DNA of 64,000 bases from Octopus vulgaris (taxonomy: Eukaryota): the NCBI GenBank assembly GCA_951406725.2, contig OX597822.1:95108001-95172000 (forward strand). The letters run 5' to 3'. Numbering within the stretch: position 1 is the stretch's first letter; every line of letters starts with the position of its first letter. The translations under genes were made by a program, and so were the position numbers. A model generated the notes under the pieces. That model ran no database searches and was not told the DNA's origin. It saw only the letters and a program-made list of their open reading frames with translations. Below, one piece after another: positions 1 through 13,573 of this stretch.

Positions 1-249
1 ATCGAATATTTTAAACAAGTCGTGTGTCACCCTAGAGTTAAATAAACAGTTTAACTGAAATATTCATGTGGCTAATTTACATATATCAAAATATTTAATA
101 CTGAGGGAAAACCAACCAATTCATATTATTACATTAAAATATCAATATAAATAGAATTATAATTTTACTCTTTCCATGGGCAACCGATCTCTCTCTCTCT
201 CCCTCCTCTCTCTCTATCTTTAGATTGATTGTCCTTTGAAAGAGGAAAA

Positions 250-332
250 TTATATGTATGTGCTTACACACACACATACACACACATGTACATACATAAG
301 TATATATATATATATGTATGCATATATGTATG

Positions 333-391
<59 letters not shown>

Positions 392-504
392 CACGTGATC
401 ACGTGACCGACCAGACCATCAGATGTTGCTACACATCACTGGTCACAATGCGTTCGCATTGTTTTAGCCTTCGAATGACGCCACCCCGCTGGCTAAGCGA
501 GCAG

Positions 505-565
<61 letters not shown>

Positions 566-705
566 CCAATAGCAATATATCGCCTTTTCAGATTGTTCAT
601 CATGCACTACACAAACACACGCACACACATACACACATATATAAATATGTACACATATACTTATATTGAGACTCATACACACACACATACGCTCACATAC
701 ATATG

Positions 706-752
<47 letters not shown>

Positions 753-832
753 GTATATATATATATGTATATAAATATATATATATGTATATAAATATAT
801 ATATATTATATATATATATATATGTATGTATC

Positions 833-865
<33 letters not shown>

Positions 866-1098
866 TGTATGTATATGTTCATACATACACACATACACAA
901 TAGCAATATATCGCTTTTCAGATTGTTCATCATACACTACACAAACACACGCACACATGTCTATAATGTCTATATGTGTGCGTGTGTTTGTGTAGTGTAT
1001 GATGAACAATCTGAAAAGGTGATATATTGCTATTGGATGTATATATATATATATATATATACATACATACATATATGCATACATACATATATATATAT

Positions 1099-1147
<49 letters not shown>

Positions 1148-1283
1148 CATATATGTACATATATATATATATATATATACATATATACATATGTATGTAC
1201 ATGTGTGTGTATGTATATATATATATATATATATTGCACAACAAATATATAAACGTTATATATATATATATATATATATATAT
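250..1283. repeat. Compound (TA)n/(CA)n/(TATG)n microsatellite field containing a ~60-bp unit repeated directly (568-628, 898-957) and inverted (976-1037)
   Basis: Visible di- and tetranucleotide runs; CAATAGCAATATATCGC..TTTCAGATTGTTCATCAT occurs twice on + and once on -. Confidence 0.9.
391..508 (-). mobile_element. 3' tail fragment of a SINE with D-type tail (ends ...GGTCACGTGATCACGTGA)
   Basis: Near-identical to 22913-23013 (opposite strand) and homologous to 32230-32345. Confidence 0.8.
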
Positions 1284-1909
1284 ACGATTTTTTTCCGATA
1301 CAAATAAAAACTAAATATTGTTACAAATATGTTCATTCCAACAGATAATGTCTATATTCTGTTTCATTGATTTAAGAAATGATTCCTTTGAGCAATGTTT
1401 TGCTTATGTTATATATTCTTTTGTTGTTTTAAATAGGATCTGCAGAAATACGATGAATCTTGTTTATTTAAAGATATATTCTATGTTTAAGATGTATTCT
1501 TTTATTGACGTGTGGTCTTCTTGATCTTTGGGTCGAAAATATATGATAGGATATCATATGATATGTATGTGTCTATATTTATCAGCGTATATCTATCTGT
1601 CTGTTTGTCTATTTATCTCTCTGTATCTACCTCCCCATCTATGTATTTATTTATCTAGTCATCTAAGAATCTCCAAGTCAGATGAAAAACAGGCACTCGT
1701 ATATTTGTCGATAAAGTGGCTATATGAATGTTTATGCAATACAGTATTATAGATCCAGTCCAGCGAATTTTAACAATTCATTTCTTACATAAAAAATTCC
1801 AGTATTAATCCAAAGGTTTGAATGAAAAGTAAAGCGACGGCTGGTGTGAAAAATATGGCGTGAGCCATCGTCATAATTTTCATACTAACCCTACTGATTG
1901 GGGTTAGTA

Positions 1910-2198
<289 letters not shown>

Positions 2199-2206
2199 GT
2201 AAATAT

Positions 2207-2387
2207 AATATGTGGCAATTATTCGGTAGCCATGACAAAATTCCGGGTTTCGGATGTCGGAGCGAAACCCACGCCGCCATCTTTTCAGTTATCCGGCCAT
2301 CGAAAAAATGCAATGGCGGCGTGGGTTTCCGCCCCGACATCCGAAACTCGGAGTTTTATCATGGCTACCGAATAATTGTCACATATT
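2207..2387. mobile_element. Fold-back element (arms 2207-2280 / 2313-2387) with hammerhead-like motif; probable Penelope-like pLTR relic
   Basis: Arms are reverse complements; same family at 37196-37358; minus strand reads GATAA-CTGAAAA-GATG...CATC-CGAAAC. Confidence 0.65.
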
Positions 2388-2924
2388 TCGATATTATGAA
2401 ACTTGTCAGTGGGTCAATGTCATCTAAGGATGTGGAGATGTTAGAATATAAACAAAGGGACAGAATTTCTTATCTCGAAAAAGACTGTCGGAATTTATTT
2501 TACAACTTCTTGAAAATCGACTCAGCTAATTTGGCTAATGTTCTTCAAAACGGCACGAATATTAAGGTTGGTGTGTAGCCGGGAACATTTGAAGCGCAAG
2601 ATGTTGACGATAATGATAATGATCATCACAACCATCACCATCATCACCATGACATATCTGTGTCTGTTGTTTATATATGTGTGTAATTTGTATATGTCTT
2701 GATATAAAATTGTTAGTTGTCTGTCTTGACTTCGTTCCGGTTGTACAACGTACGCGCAGAAATAACGTTATTCCAACTGAGGACGGGAACTTGATCACAT
2801 TATTCGACCAGATCACAACTTGCCAGAAGATTCTATAAATTTGCTTCTGCTGCAGGTGTTCAGAGAATTACAGGAAATGTATTCCTTTCTCCAGCAAAGT
2901 TGTGGTGCATAAAATTAATATAAG

Positions 2925-3014
<90 letters not shown>

Positions 3015-3618
3015 TATACGGAAGAAACACTCCAGTCTCTTTTTTGAACACTCCTCGTTCATTAATGAAATGATTGCCAAAGGTAAAACAAGACAAATAA
3101 GAAATATGTTTGAGACATCAGGATACAATAAATTTCTTTACATGAATATGTATTTATTACAAAGAAAGGCGAAGTGTACATATAAACGTATAAACGTAAA
3201 CAGATTGAAAAAGAGAGAAGGAGAGGGGGGAGAGAAAGAGAAAGAGAGGGAGATAAACAGAAAGAGAGGGAGGGAGAGAGAAGTGGGCACAGACAGACAG
3301 TCAGACAAATGTATACAGACGAAAAGAGAAATGGACAGAAGAAATGAAACAGTATTATTAACCATTCCTTTTCTCCGGCGTCTGTTTGCTTCTTGTTAGT
3401 ATCGGACATGATCAATGCGCTATTTTCAGCAAATCCAGCCAGCTGCACAGTAACATCAATATACTTACAGGTGACTTATATGCACACTATAATCATACGT
3501 CTATTCGATGAAGACAAACAAGGAACTAAAATAACACGAAGAATAATTAATATCTATGAGTCAACGGGGGAACCTCGACCTTGTAAAACAACCTGTTCAG
3601 AGTAGCAGTCAAATTCGA

Positions 3619-3638
3619 ATAATAATAATGATAATGAA

Positions 3639-3688
<50 letters not shown>

Positions 3689-3752
3689 TAATAATAATAA
3701 TAAAATAATTATGATAATAATAATAATTATAATAATAATGATAATAATGATA

Positions 3753-3829
<77 letters not shown>

Positions 3830-3896
3830 TATGATAATAATAATTATAATAATAATGATAATAATGATAATAGTAATAATAATAATAATAATGATG

Positions 3897-3936
<40 letters not shown>

Positions 3937-3976
3937 CAATAATAATAATAATAATGACAATAATAATAATAATGAC

Positions 3977-4036
<60 letters not shown>
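3619..4036. repeat. (AAT)n microsatellite, ~420 bp, continuous with the tail of the adjacent SINE
   Basis: Direct inspection. Confidence 0.97.
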
Positions 4037-4252
4037 CCTTTCTACTATAGGCACAAGGCCTGAAACTTTGTGGGGGAGGCTAGTCGATTAAATCGACCCC
4101 AGTGCGTAACTGGTGGCCTATTTTATCGAACCCAAAAGGACGAAAAGCAAAGTCGACCCCGGCAGAATTTGAACTCAGACCAACGTAAAGATGGATGAAA
4201 ATACCACTAAGTATTTTCCCGGCGTGCTAACGATTCCGCCAGCTCGCCGCCT

Positions 4253-4253
<1 letters not shown>
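4036..4253 (-). mobile_element. SINE family C, variant with (ATT)n tail; second tail fragment at 4350-4418
   Basis: Head AAGGCGGCGAGCTGGC, B-box-like GAGTTCAAATTC, central region homologous to 59348-59579, tail CCTTGTGCCTATAGTAGAAAGGATTATT. Confidence 0.85.
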
Positions 4254-4283
<30 letters not shown>

Positions 4284-4652
4284 GATGATGATGGTAATAA
4301 TAATAACAACAACAACAACAATAATAATAATAATAATAATGATAATAATAATCCTTTCTACAATAGGCACAAAACCTGAAACTTTGGGGGAGAGGCTAGT
4401 CGATTATATCGACCCCAACGTTCTGATATGAATTGAACTCCTCAATTCTTCTTTTTTTTTTTTTGGTGATATCCAGGATATGATTGACAACGGTCCCTCC
4501 AAGCCAATCAGGTCCATCGTCAGGGACCTGACTGACTCGCAGATTTTGTATTTACTTCAGTTGTAATTTGCAACTGAAGAAGCGAACGAAATTCAGGACA
4601 AAATTTACTATACGTTGCTAAGTGTGATCTGAGTCCCATTATTTATATATTT

Positions 4653-4873
4653 ACTCTCTTTTACTCTTTTACTTGTTTCAGTCATTTGACTGCGGCCATG
4701 CTGGAGCTCCGCCTTTTTTTTTTTTAGTCGAGCAAATCGACCCCGGGACTTATTCTTTGTAAGCCCAGTACTTATTCTATCGGTCTCTTTTGCCGAACCG
4801 CTAAGTTACGGGGGCGTAAACATACCAGCATCGGTTGTCAAGCAATGCTAGGGGTACAAACACAGACACACAA

Positions 4874-4908
<35 letters not shown>

Positions 4909-5071
4909 CGACAGGCTTCTTTCAGTTTCCGTCTACCAAATCCACTCACAAGGCATTGGTCGGCCCGGGGCTATAGCAGAAGACACTTGCCCAAGATGCC
5001 ACGCAGTGGAACTGAACCCGGAACCATGTGGTTGGTTAGCAAGCTACTTACCACAGAGCCACTCCTGCGCC
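4653..5071 (-). mobile_element. SINE family A (tRNA-derived, internal microsatellite, CR1-like tail), full length
   Basis: Head GGCGCAGGAGTGGCT.TGTGGTAAG, B-box-like GGTTCAGTTCC, tail CCAGCATGGCCGCAGTCAAATGACTGAAACAAGTAAAAGAGT; flanked by TATATATTTA duplication. Confidence 0.92.
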
Positions 5072-5139
5072 TATATATTTAGTAAAGATGAACATTAAAT
5101 CTACACCTCTATGCTATCACTCTCTCACTCATGCATACT

Positions 5140-5295
5140 CACACAGCTTACATGAGGAATACCGAATGTCTTCATGCACTGCTTGCCTGACCTGATAAGA
5201 AACTCAGATACTCCCATGTCCCTGTCGTTGGACCTGATTGACTTGGAAGGAATTGTTGTCAATCATGGCCTGGATATCACAAAAAAAAAAAGAAT
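5140..5295 (-). mobile_element. Tc1/mariner-superfamily transposase N-terminal (HTH) fragment; inverted partial copy at 4448-4530
   Basis: Minus strand translates to approximately IQAMIDNNSFQ/KSIRSNDRD...QAVHEDIRYSSCK, resembling the DP.KSIR.IARD HTH region. Confidence 0.55.
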
Positions 5296-5296
5296 A

Positions 5297-5461
5297 GGCG
5301 CAGTAGTGGCTGTGTGGTAAGTAGCTTGTCTACCAACCACATGGTTCCGGGTTCAGTCTCACTGCGTGGCACCTTGAGCAAGTGTCTTCTACTATAGCCA
5401 CGGGCCGACCAAAGCCTTGTGAGTGGATTTGGTAGACGGAAACTGAAAGAAGCCCGTCGTA

Positions 5462-5501
<40 letters not shown>

Positions 5502-5635
5502 TGTGTGTGTTTGTGTGTCTGTGTTTGTCCCCTAGCATTGCTTGACAACCGATGCTGGTGTGTTTATGTCCCCGTTAATTAGCGGTTCGGAAAAAGAGAC
5601 CGATAGAATAAGTACTGGGATTACAAAAGAATAAG
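5297..5635 (+). mobile_element. SINE family A, 3'-truncated
   Basis: Matches 35460-35870; ends abruptly at the palindrome starting at 5635. Confidence 0.9.
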
Positions 5636-5915
5636 TGTGTGTGTGTGGGGGATGCCTGTAATATTTGTATCTTCTGTTTATATACATTCTTGTAATTTGT
5701 ATTTTGTTTTTGTTGTTGTTGCTTTTGTTCTAATTTTGTTCATGTTTACATCCACCCATTATGACAATTCCGAAATATAACAATAAATAATGGGTGGATG
5801 TAAACATGAACAAAATTAGAACAAAAGCAACAACAACAAAAACAAAATACAAATTACAAGAATGTATATAAACAGAAGATACAAATATTACAGGCATCCC
5901 CCCACATACACACAC
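5635..5915. repeat. Near-perfect palindrome with ~125-bp arms (5635-5762 / 5787-5915)
   Basis: GGGGGATGCCTGTAATATTTG...CATCCACCCATT is mirrored by AATGGGTGGATG...CAAATATTACAGGCATCCCCC. Confidence 0.95.
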
Positions 5916-6032
5916 TAAATAAACATAGACGCACATAGAGATATAAGCATGTGCAAATGAAGACATACAATAGAAATACAAAATGGCTGACGGTTAGTAA
6001 GGAGAGACACAAATAAGTGAGAAGAAAACAAA

Positions 6033-6077
6033 GGACCACTGATGCGGTCACAGGAGTGTGACGAAAGAACTTTGGCC
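6033..6077 (+). ncRNA. Minimal type-I hammerhead-like motif (variant core CUGAUGC)
   Basis: CCA-CTGATGC-G-GTCAC-aggagt-GTGAC-GAAAG-aa-CTT-TGG; stems I, II and III can all pair. Confidence 0.5.
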
Positions 6078-6689
6078 GAAATAAGATTAAGATTAATGTA
6101 AAAAATAAATATCACTGAAGCAAAATAACACCAAATATATAGTGCGTGTGTTTTTATTGGCTAAACTGGCAATATGGCCATTCCGAAATATAACAATATC
6201 TTTTTCAACACACGACTTCACATAAAAAATCTTGCACAACAAATATTTAAACGTATATATATATATATATATATATATTCATACACACACAAAAGTAACA
6301 CAAACAAAATTCTTTCAACGAAACAACGAAGATAGAAAAAACTCATCAACAGAAGCCTAACATGTCTTGTTACTGGGAAAGATTGATTGAGACTTTAATT
6401 CTTTTGGAATTAGATATAATTGCATAATTATATACAATACTGGGAATAAAGGGGTTAAAATCACCATAACTCAGAGGAGATATCTACTTATGCAACGCAC
6501 ACACACACGCACACCACACACATACACGCCCAATGGCATAAACACACACACCACACATAGGCACACACACACACGCGCGCGCGAACACAGGTATATATAT
6601 AGATATATAAATGCATATATATCTCTGTCTTTGTATGTATTCTTTCTCTCTCTCTTTCTTCCCCCTGTATCTGTATATATATATATGCC

Positions 6690-6781
6690 TCTCTTCATCT
6701 TTCATATATGTATATACATGTATATATTCATATATGTATATATATATATACATATATATATAATTTTATATATATATATAT

Positions 6782-6812
<31 letters not shown>

Positions 6813-6814
6813 TA

Positions 6815-6866
<52 letters not shown>

Positions 6867-6893
6867 TATATATACATATATACATATATATAC

Positions 6894-6953
<60 letters not shown>

Positions 6954-7003
6954 GCATATATATATATATAAACATATATACATATATATACATATATACA
7001 TAT

Positions 7004-7069
<66 letters not shown>

Positions 7070-7070
7070 A
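6690..7070. repeat. (TA)n-rich microsatellite
   Basis: Direct inspection. Confidence 0.95.
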
Positions 7071-7258
7071 TATTGCATGCATATATGCTGCGTATATGTC
7101 ATGCTGATTGTGACATCTTTATTCTCAGGATTACTTCAACGATATTCTATGTAATTATGTAATTATATTTAATACAAAAGGATTATATTCTCAATCAATC
7201 TTCCCCAGTAAGAAGATATTTTAGACGTCAGCCAATGAACTCTGTTTTGCTGTTTTTG

Positions 7259-7302
<44 letters not shown>

Positions 7303-7365
7303 TATATACATACACCTTATATAAATACTGTATATGTGTATTTAGCTTCTCTTTCTCTCTTTCCC

Positions 7366-7410
<45 letters not shown>

Positions 7411-7530
7411 TTATTTAATATAAATATATATATATATATATAATGGCCACAGCTCATTGGCTGAAACTGGAAAAATCAAAATCAAATCAAATCAAATATA
7501 AATATTTATACACATACATACTCATATATA

Positions 7531-7606
<76 letters not shown>

Positions 7607-7874
7607 CACACATACATACTCATATATATGTGCATGTGTATGTTTTAGGGATTCATTGTTTTCTGCTCCTTCACTAATTTCTGTCATTGAACTTTGTCTA
7701 TTCTGGTTCCTCGCATCCATGGTTTTAACTGTCATATTAACTACAGTAATTATTTCAATCAGATAGTTTTATGTTTTGAGCACAATTTCTAGAACCGCTG
7801 AAATCCGGGCCTAAAGAGCCGCCTCACAAACTGCACAAGCACAGACACACGTACATATCAACTACTAAAATACA

Positions 7875-8272
7875 TTTTTCATTGCCCAAACGACCTTAAC
7901 ATTAGCTTCAAGGTTCATCCAAGACTGCGGACCACGGGCCATACGTCCCCTGCCCAATTCAATATCACAACATACATGTACACTGCAACATAATTTCTTT
8001 TCCTCAACAGGCCCTGCTCTATTTAACATTGTCCCGAGGGAGATCAAAGAGGAAAAGGATCCCATCAACTTTAAACGGAGTCTGGATAGATTCCTTCAAA
8101 GAATACCAGATAAGCCACCCATAATTGGATATAACTCACCCAACAAGAACTCACTACTTGAACAAAACTTGACTTAAACAGGATTCGAATAATCCTATCA
8201 GGTGGTGCTATTAAGTTAGACATGGCCTGGACCAATCTTTGGTCGAAACATATCTAAGTTTATCTAAGTTTA
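7875..8272 (+). mobile_element. CR1/L2-like LINE 3' end (ORF2 C-terminus, 3' UTR and tandem tail)
   Basis: Translation ...HNFFSSTGPALFNIVPREIKEEKDPINFKRSLDRFLQRIPDKP...NKNSLLE, then GGTGGTGC...CATGGCC and repeated ATCTAAGTTT. Confidence 0.75.
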
Positions 8273-8931
8273 TGTAAATTACAATCAAGTTGCCATGTCG
8301 ATACCCTAGGTTTCTTGTTAGCAGAGTGAGCAGCAAGTATTCATTCGCTGGGCGAAAGATCTGACAGTAAGCCCATGGTTTCACAGTATGACAAGTATTA
8401 GCTTTATGCTCAATTCTATAATCTATTTTCTGGTACTGCATACTTTTTCTTTTATTTCGTAACACTAACGTCTCTTTTCACTTTCTCGTCTGTGTCTGTG
8501 TATATACAAACGCACATACACATACATACACGCTCGCACGCACACAATTATTTTATGTAGTAAGGCTTCATTAAAGAGAATAGCGCTCGATCAGCTAAGA
8601 TAGTAATGTTAATGTTAGAATAAAACCGCAAGTCTTACGAAATACAGCTACTCAGGGTTTCCCAGCTGAAACATTAGTTTATTTAGTCATTTTTCAAGTT
8701 GAGATCAAGAACATTTGTCAGTTGCTTTTTAAGCAGACGACGTTTGAAAAAGGAATGCTTAATAAGAAAGAAGACAAGAAAAAAACATAGGAGATAGCCA
8801 ACGAAACAACAAACAAAAGTAAAAAAGACGTAAACAAGATATCGATGTTTTATTATATGCCTGATGGCCTATTTTAAAATTCCATCAAGATGTATTTCTT
8901 AAAATGAGGACATAAAGAAAAAATCTCGTTC

Positions 8932-9195
8932 GTGGAGAGACGGGCCCGGTCGAGAGAGGCGCGCGGATCCCGACGCCGACCGGCCGCGAAGTCGGCGGCA
9001 GTGGCGGAGCGCTCGTCTGCTACCTGCGGACGCCGCGCGCCTACCGGCCGGACGGAAAGCTGGTCGCGACGACGGATCGGAGGGGAAGTATGTCCGATGC
9101 CGGCACCCCGGAAATCGAACGCCGACGAGGCGGCAGACGACCGCCCGCGGAACGAGCGGCCGCCACCGGCGCGTTCGTCGTGTTGGAGGTTCACA
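8932..9195. other. Isolated GC/CpG-rich island of unknown origin
   Basis: Hand count 179/240 G+C (~75%) over 8941-9180 in a strongly AT-rich window; sharp boundaries. Confidence 0.85.
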
Positions 9196-9821
9196 AGTAC
9201 GTTAAGAGATTTTTCAAGAGAACATAATGAACATCTTTTGGACCCGTTAATATAGGGTCTGGTTTAGGAAAGGATTTTCTATTTGATGTAGTAGTTGATT
9301 CCCACGTCTTTAAGTTTCCAGATTAAAACCGAAGCTGTAGTTGAATGCCTCTTATAACGGTGCTTAAAAGTCGGAAATAGTTGTTATATCTGGATTAAAA
9401 ATTTCTTTCTACGGCTCCAATCTAACGCTTAATTTCTGTTCGACCATTGTCATAGTTTGCTGACACCTTTGCCTCATAAACATTTCTGCCCTAAAGGATA
9501 TTTACATTTGTCTCACCACACGCATACTGGTCAGGCTTTAGTCGTGTGTTGCTTATTGACATATGTCTTAACATTTGGGAGCGGGGTAAGAAAAGGCAAT
9601 AGTAATCGTGTGTCTGTTAAATATTTTACTGTATCTATGGGTTCTAGGAAAATGATTATCTATTAAATGCCAGAATCTTCTACCCACTTTTGTGGGGGAT
9701 GGCCGAACCATAAAACTTTCCAAGACATATTCTTACGACTAAATGATAGAGAAGATGGGGAATTGCAAAATATTTTATCAGAAAAACCGATATCCTTTAC
9801 CGAAAAATATCACAAAGCTAT

Positions 9822-9981
9822 TACGTTCTGAGTTCAAATTCCGCCGAGGTCGAATTTGCCTTTCATCCTTTTGGGGTCGATAAATTAAGTACCAGTTACG
9901 CGCTGGGGTCGATGTATTCGGCTTAATCCCTTTGTCCTTGTTTGTCCCCTCTATGTTTAGCCCCTTGGCAATAAAGAAATA
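9822..9981 (+). mobile_element. SINE family C, 5'-truncated, with target-site duplication ACAAAGCTATT
   Basis: Core GCCTTTCATCCTTTTGGGGTCGATAAATTAAGTACC; tail AATAAAGAAATA; identical flanks. Confidence 0.9.
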
Positions 9982-10254
9982 ACAAAGCTATTTTATGTAT
10001 TATGTTACTTAAAAATTATGGGATCAAGGATGATTTTCCTGCGAATTAATCAAAATCTGATTTTACGGGCTTAGTTAATTTGCACTCAGGGTTGTTAATA
10101 AAATTATTTGTTTGATACTTGAGTATAATTTGAGGTGACCATGAGCTCAGTGGTCTAGTATATAATCTATTTTGTGTGTGATTGCGATCTCTTTAGCCTC
10201 TAGTTTAATGTTGTAATGAATACCAACACAGATTATATATGTATGTATATCATA

Positions 10255-11055
10255 TTCTGTTTATTTCATGATTTCTTGCCAATAAAGAACCGGTTGCTAA
10301 CCTAGATCCAAGGCTCCTTCATTGCAATTTCAACAACAGGGTATGTATGTATGTATGTATGTATGTATGTATGTATGTATGTATGTATGTATGTATGTAT
10401 GTATGTATGTATGTATGTATGTGCAGATTTGTATGTTTTATGCATGTATTCTCATGCATGTAGTTGCATATCTAGACATCCTCATATATATTTAAACGAT
10501 AAACTTCTGGAAAGTTTTACAGATTTTTACAGTTCTAGTGATGGATTGGATCTGTAGTCTTCGAATTAGCTTTCTCCTTTCTGGATTTGAGAAGCCTAAT
10601 TTCTCAAGATTGGTATTTAGGCAGTGTGTTACGTATACCAGGGGTCTCAATAATTACAGGTATAAACCTGAACTTGTAATCTGTGTAGAGTAACTGCAGA
10701 TTTCTCAATAGTTCGGCATAAGTGTTCTCTTTTTCACTGATCTTAAGCTTTATGTTAACATCCACTGGGCAGCTAATTTCCACAACTGTGCACAGTTTCT
10801 CTTCTCTATCTCAAATCATTATATCGGGTCTGTTGTCCTTACATTTTATTGAGGTTTTCACTGGTACATTCTACCAGTATTCTTTTCTATTATGTGTGGC
10901 TAAGGCTTCTACCATATTATGGGTTCTTTATTTCTTTGTTCTCGGGATTATCCTTCCGAAGGATTTCATTATAGAGTGTCCTTGCTACAACATCATGTCT
11001 CATCGGTAGATAATGCTGTGATGACATTTTTGGACAACTGCTTATGATGTAGGTG
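10255..11055 (-). mobile_element. RLE-endonuclease non-LTR retrotransposon (R4/Dong-like) 3' part, with a (TACA)n tract inside its 3' UTR
   Basis: Minus-strand translation [22 protein letters not shown]...NRPDIMI.DREEKLCTVVEISCP...YKFRFIPVII...KICKTF (RHD and PD..E motifs); relatives at 49086-49150 and 49505-49600. Confidence 0.8.
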
Positions 11056-11330
<275 letters not shown>

Positions 11331-11426
11331 TATATATATAATAAATTAATAAATAAAATAAAACATATGCATATATACATACATATATGTACGTACCTAC
11401 CTCTATATGTATATATACATGCATAT

Positions 11427-11990
11427 ATGGGTACAGGACACCAAAAAAAAAAAACGTCGAACACAATGAGAAACGAAAACATAAACACAAAACCAAGGAA
11501 ATGGACATTTTTCTTAAACAACGAAAAAATAGAGTACAGGACATACAACACAAGGAAAATTCCCCTTCTTCAGTCGCCTTTGTTTCATCTACTCCGCGTT
11601 TCGAAGGTCAAGGCGAGACACACTTCAATGAAACATTCCTTCCCGCAAAAAGCAAATTAAATAAAGTTTGAGATTTTTTTGCGGAGGGGTAAAAATGGTA
11701 ACAAAAACAGGACAGTAAAGACAGTACAAAATATAAACAGTAAAGGACAGGACAAGGAGAATAGCAGTAACACAAGCATTGAGAGCTGTTAAGCCAGAAC
11801 GAAAGAAAAAAATATTATGAACGCTTTTGAGGACGGCAAGAGAGAGACAGGAAAGTCATCCACACTTGAAGGAAGCCAGGTCAGAAAGACAGTAGCAGAG
11901 CTCCCGTCGCGGGTCAACGACGGGAGGGAGGTGGAGGAGCAAGAGAAAGGGAAAGAAAAAAAGGGAATGGTTGTAGAGAAAACCAGAAAG
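11427..11990. mobile_element. TA-embedded interspersed repeat, homologous to 34376-34860 and 38501-38740 (possibly Penelope-like)
   Basis: Shared blocks ATGGGTACAGGAC and TTTGCGGAGGG..AAA..TGGTAACAAAAACAGGACAGT. Confidence 0.6.
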
Positions 11991-12034
11991 AATGAAGACT
12001 GTCTGACTGTCTATCTGTCCATCTATCTATCTGA

Positions 12035-12436
12035 CCAAGGTTACCGTGGTCTTTTTCGTAGGCTTTTCTTCCCACGGATAAACCTTACTTGCTTTCCCCT
12101 TTACACCACGTACCATAACACTGTGATACACGATCCATATTGATCGTTTTTTCTCTCCTCTTCCCCTTTTTTCCCCTTTTTTCTTCTTTTTTCATTTCTC
12201 TTTTCTTTTGTTCCTTTTCCTTTTCTTCTTTTCTTTATTTTTCTTTTTTTCTTTTTTATTTTATTTAATTTATTTTTTTTGTTCTTTTCTTCCCTTTTAC
12301 GATCCCTCTTGATCGAAAACCTACGCCCCCCCTTTTTGTTTCTTTTGTTTTTTGTTTTTTTCATCCCCCAAAAGAAAAGCTCTACCTTGTAACTTGTCCC
12401 ATCTGTGTGCAGCCCTGTGTGGCCAGTAAAGAAACT
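12035..12436 (+). mobile_element. Probable LINE 3' UTR whose terminus matches the SINE C tail
   Basis: Ends TTGTCCCATCTGTGTGCAGCCCTGTGTGGCCAGTAAAGAAA versus SINE C TTGTCCCCTCTGTGTTTAGCCCCTTGTGGGTAATAAAGAAA; pyrimidine-rich body. Confidence 0.55.
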
Positions 12437-13022
12437 TATCTATATGTCTGTCTGTCTGTCTGTCTGTGTCTACCTGCTTGTTTGTCTGTCTGCCTGTACA
12501 ATCAGAAAACAGATTGACTGACTTATAGCTTGCTAGCTAGCTATCAGTCAGTCTATCTGTCTTCCGATTGCCTCTGTCTGTCTGCGTATCTGTTTATCTT
12601 TCAGCTTTCTCTTATATTTATATTATGGAGATATTTTTGCCTTTCCACAATTAAAATATATCTTATCTGGGTTAGACAAAACATTTATCCGTTTCGTATA
12701 ATAATCAGATGTTTGGTTGAAATCGATAATCGTGCTTATCATCTCTCCATAGTTTTTCTGTTATCGAAAATATTTTTTCCATCTCATCTCCCAAAATTTT
12801 CTTAAAAATAAGATTTAAGTAATATTTTCTACAAAGGAAAGGAATGGTAGATATCTACGTAAACTCCTAAGTAAAGATTTCAGAATGAACAAGAAAGGGA
12901 ATAGCAATAATTAATACTTGGTTCTGAAAATGCAGTCAAAATATATTTGTTAAAGCTAAAGCTCAAAATTTCATGACTCTTTGTTTCATGTCTTCGATCT
13001 TTCGACAAAAACTGAGGAATGA

Positions 13023-13105
<83 letters not shown>

Positions 13106-13207
13106 TATGCATGCATATATGTATATGTATATATATGTGTGTGTATATATATACATATATTTATATGTATAAATATATACATACATGTATTTATTTAAGT
13201 GTATATG

Positions 13208-13323
<116 letters not shown>

Positions 13324-13422
13324 TATATATATATTATATATACACACATATATATATATATATATATCGTACGCACACACACATGTACACACACACATAC
13401 GTTTTGTAAACACTTACTTCTC

Positions 13423-13472
<50 letters not shown>

Positions 13473-13573
13473 CATATATGTATGTATATATATATATATA
13501 TATAATAATATAGGGTGAAATCAATTAATTTGGAGTAATCATTAATTTCACCAAGTAGATATATATATATATA

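Noticed and set aside
2700-2915. Unique-looking stretch that might be an exon
   Set aside because: The frames I translated gave nothing recognisable and there is no consistent splice pair.
8874-9255. Arg/Ala-rich ORFs on both strands of the GC island
   Set aside because: Expected from ~75% GC composition; no recognisable domain and no convincing splice or start context.
11561-11608. Permuted (type II-like) hammerhead halves GAAAC..GTA..CTGAAGA on the minus strand, also at 34487-34530
   Set aside because: No stem I pairing in either copy, and stem II fails in the second copy.
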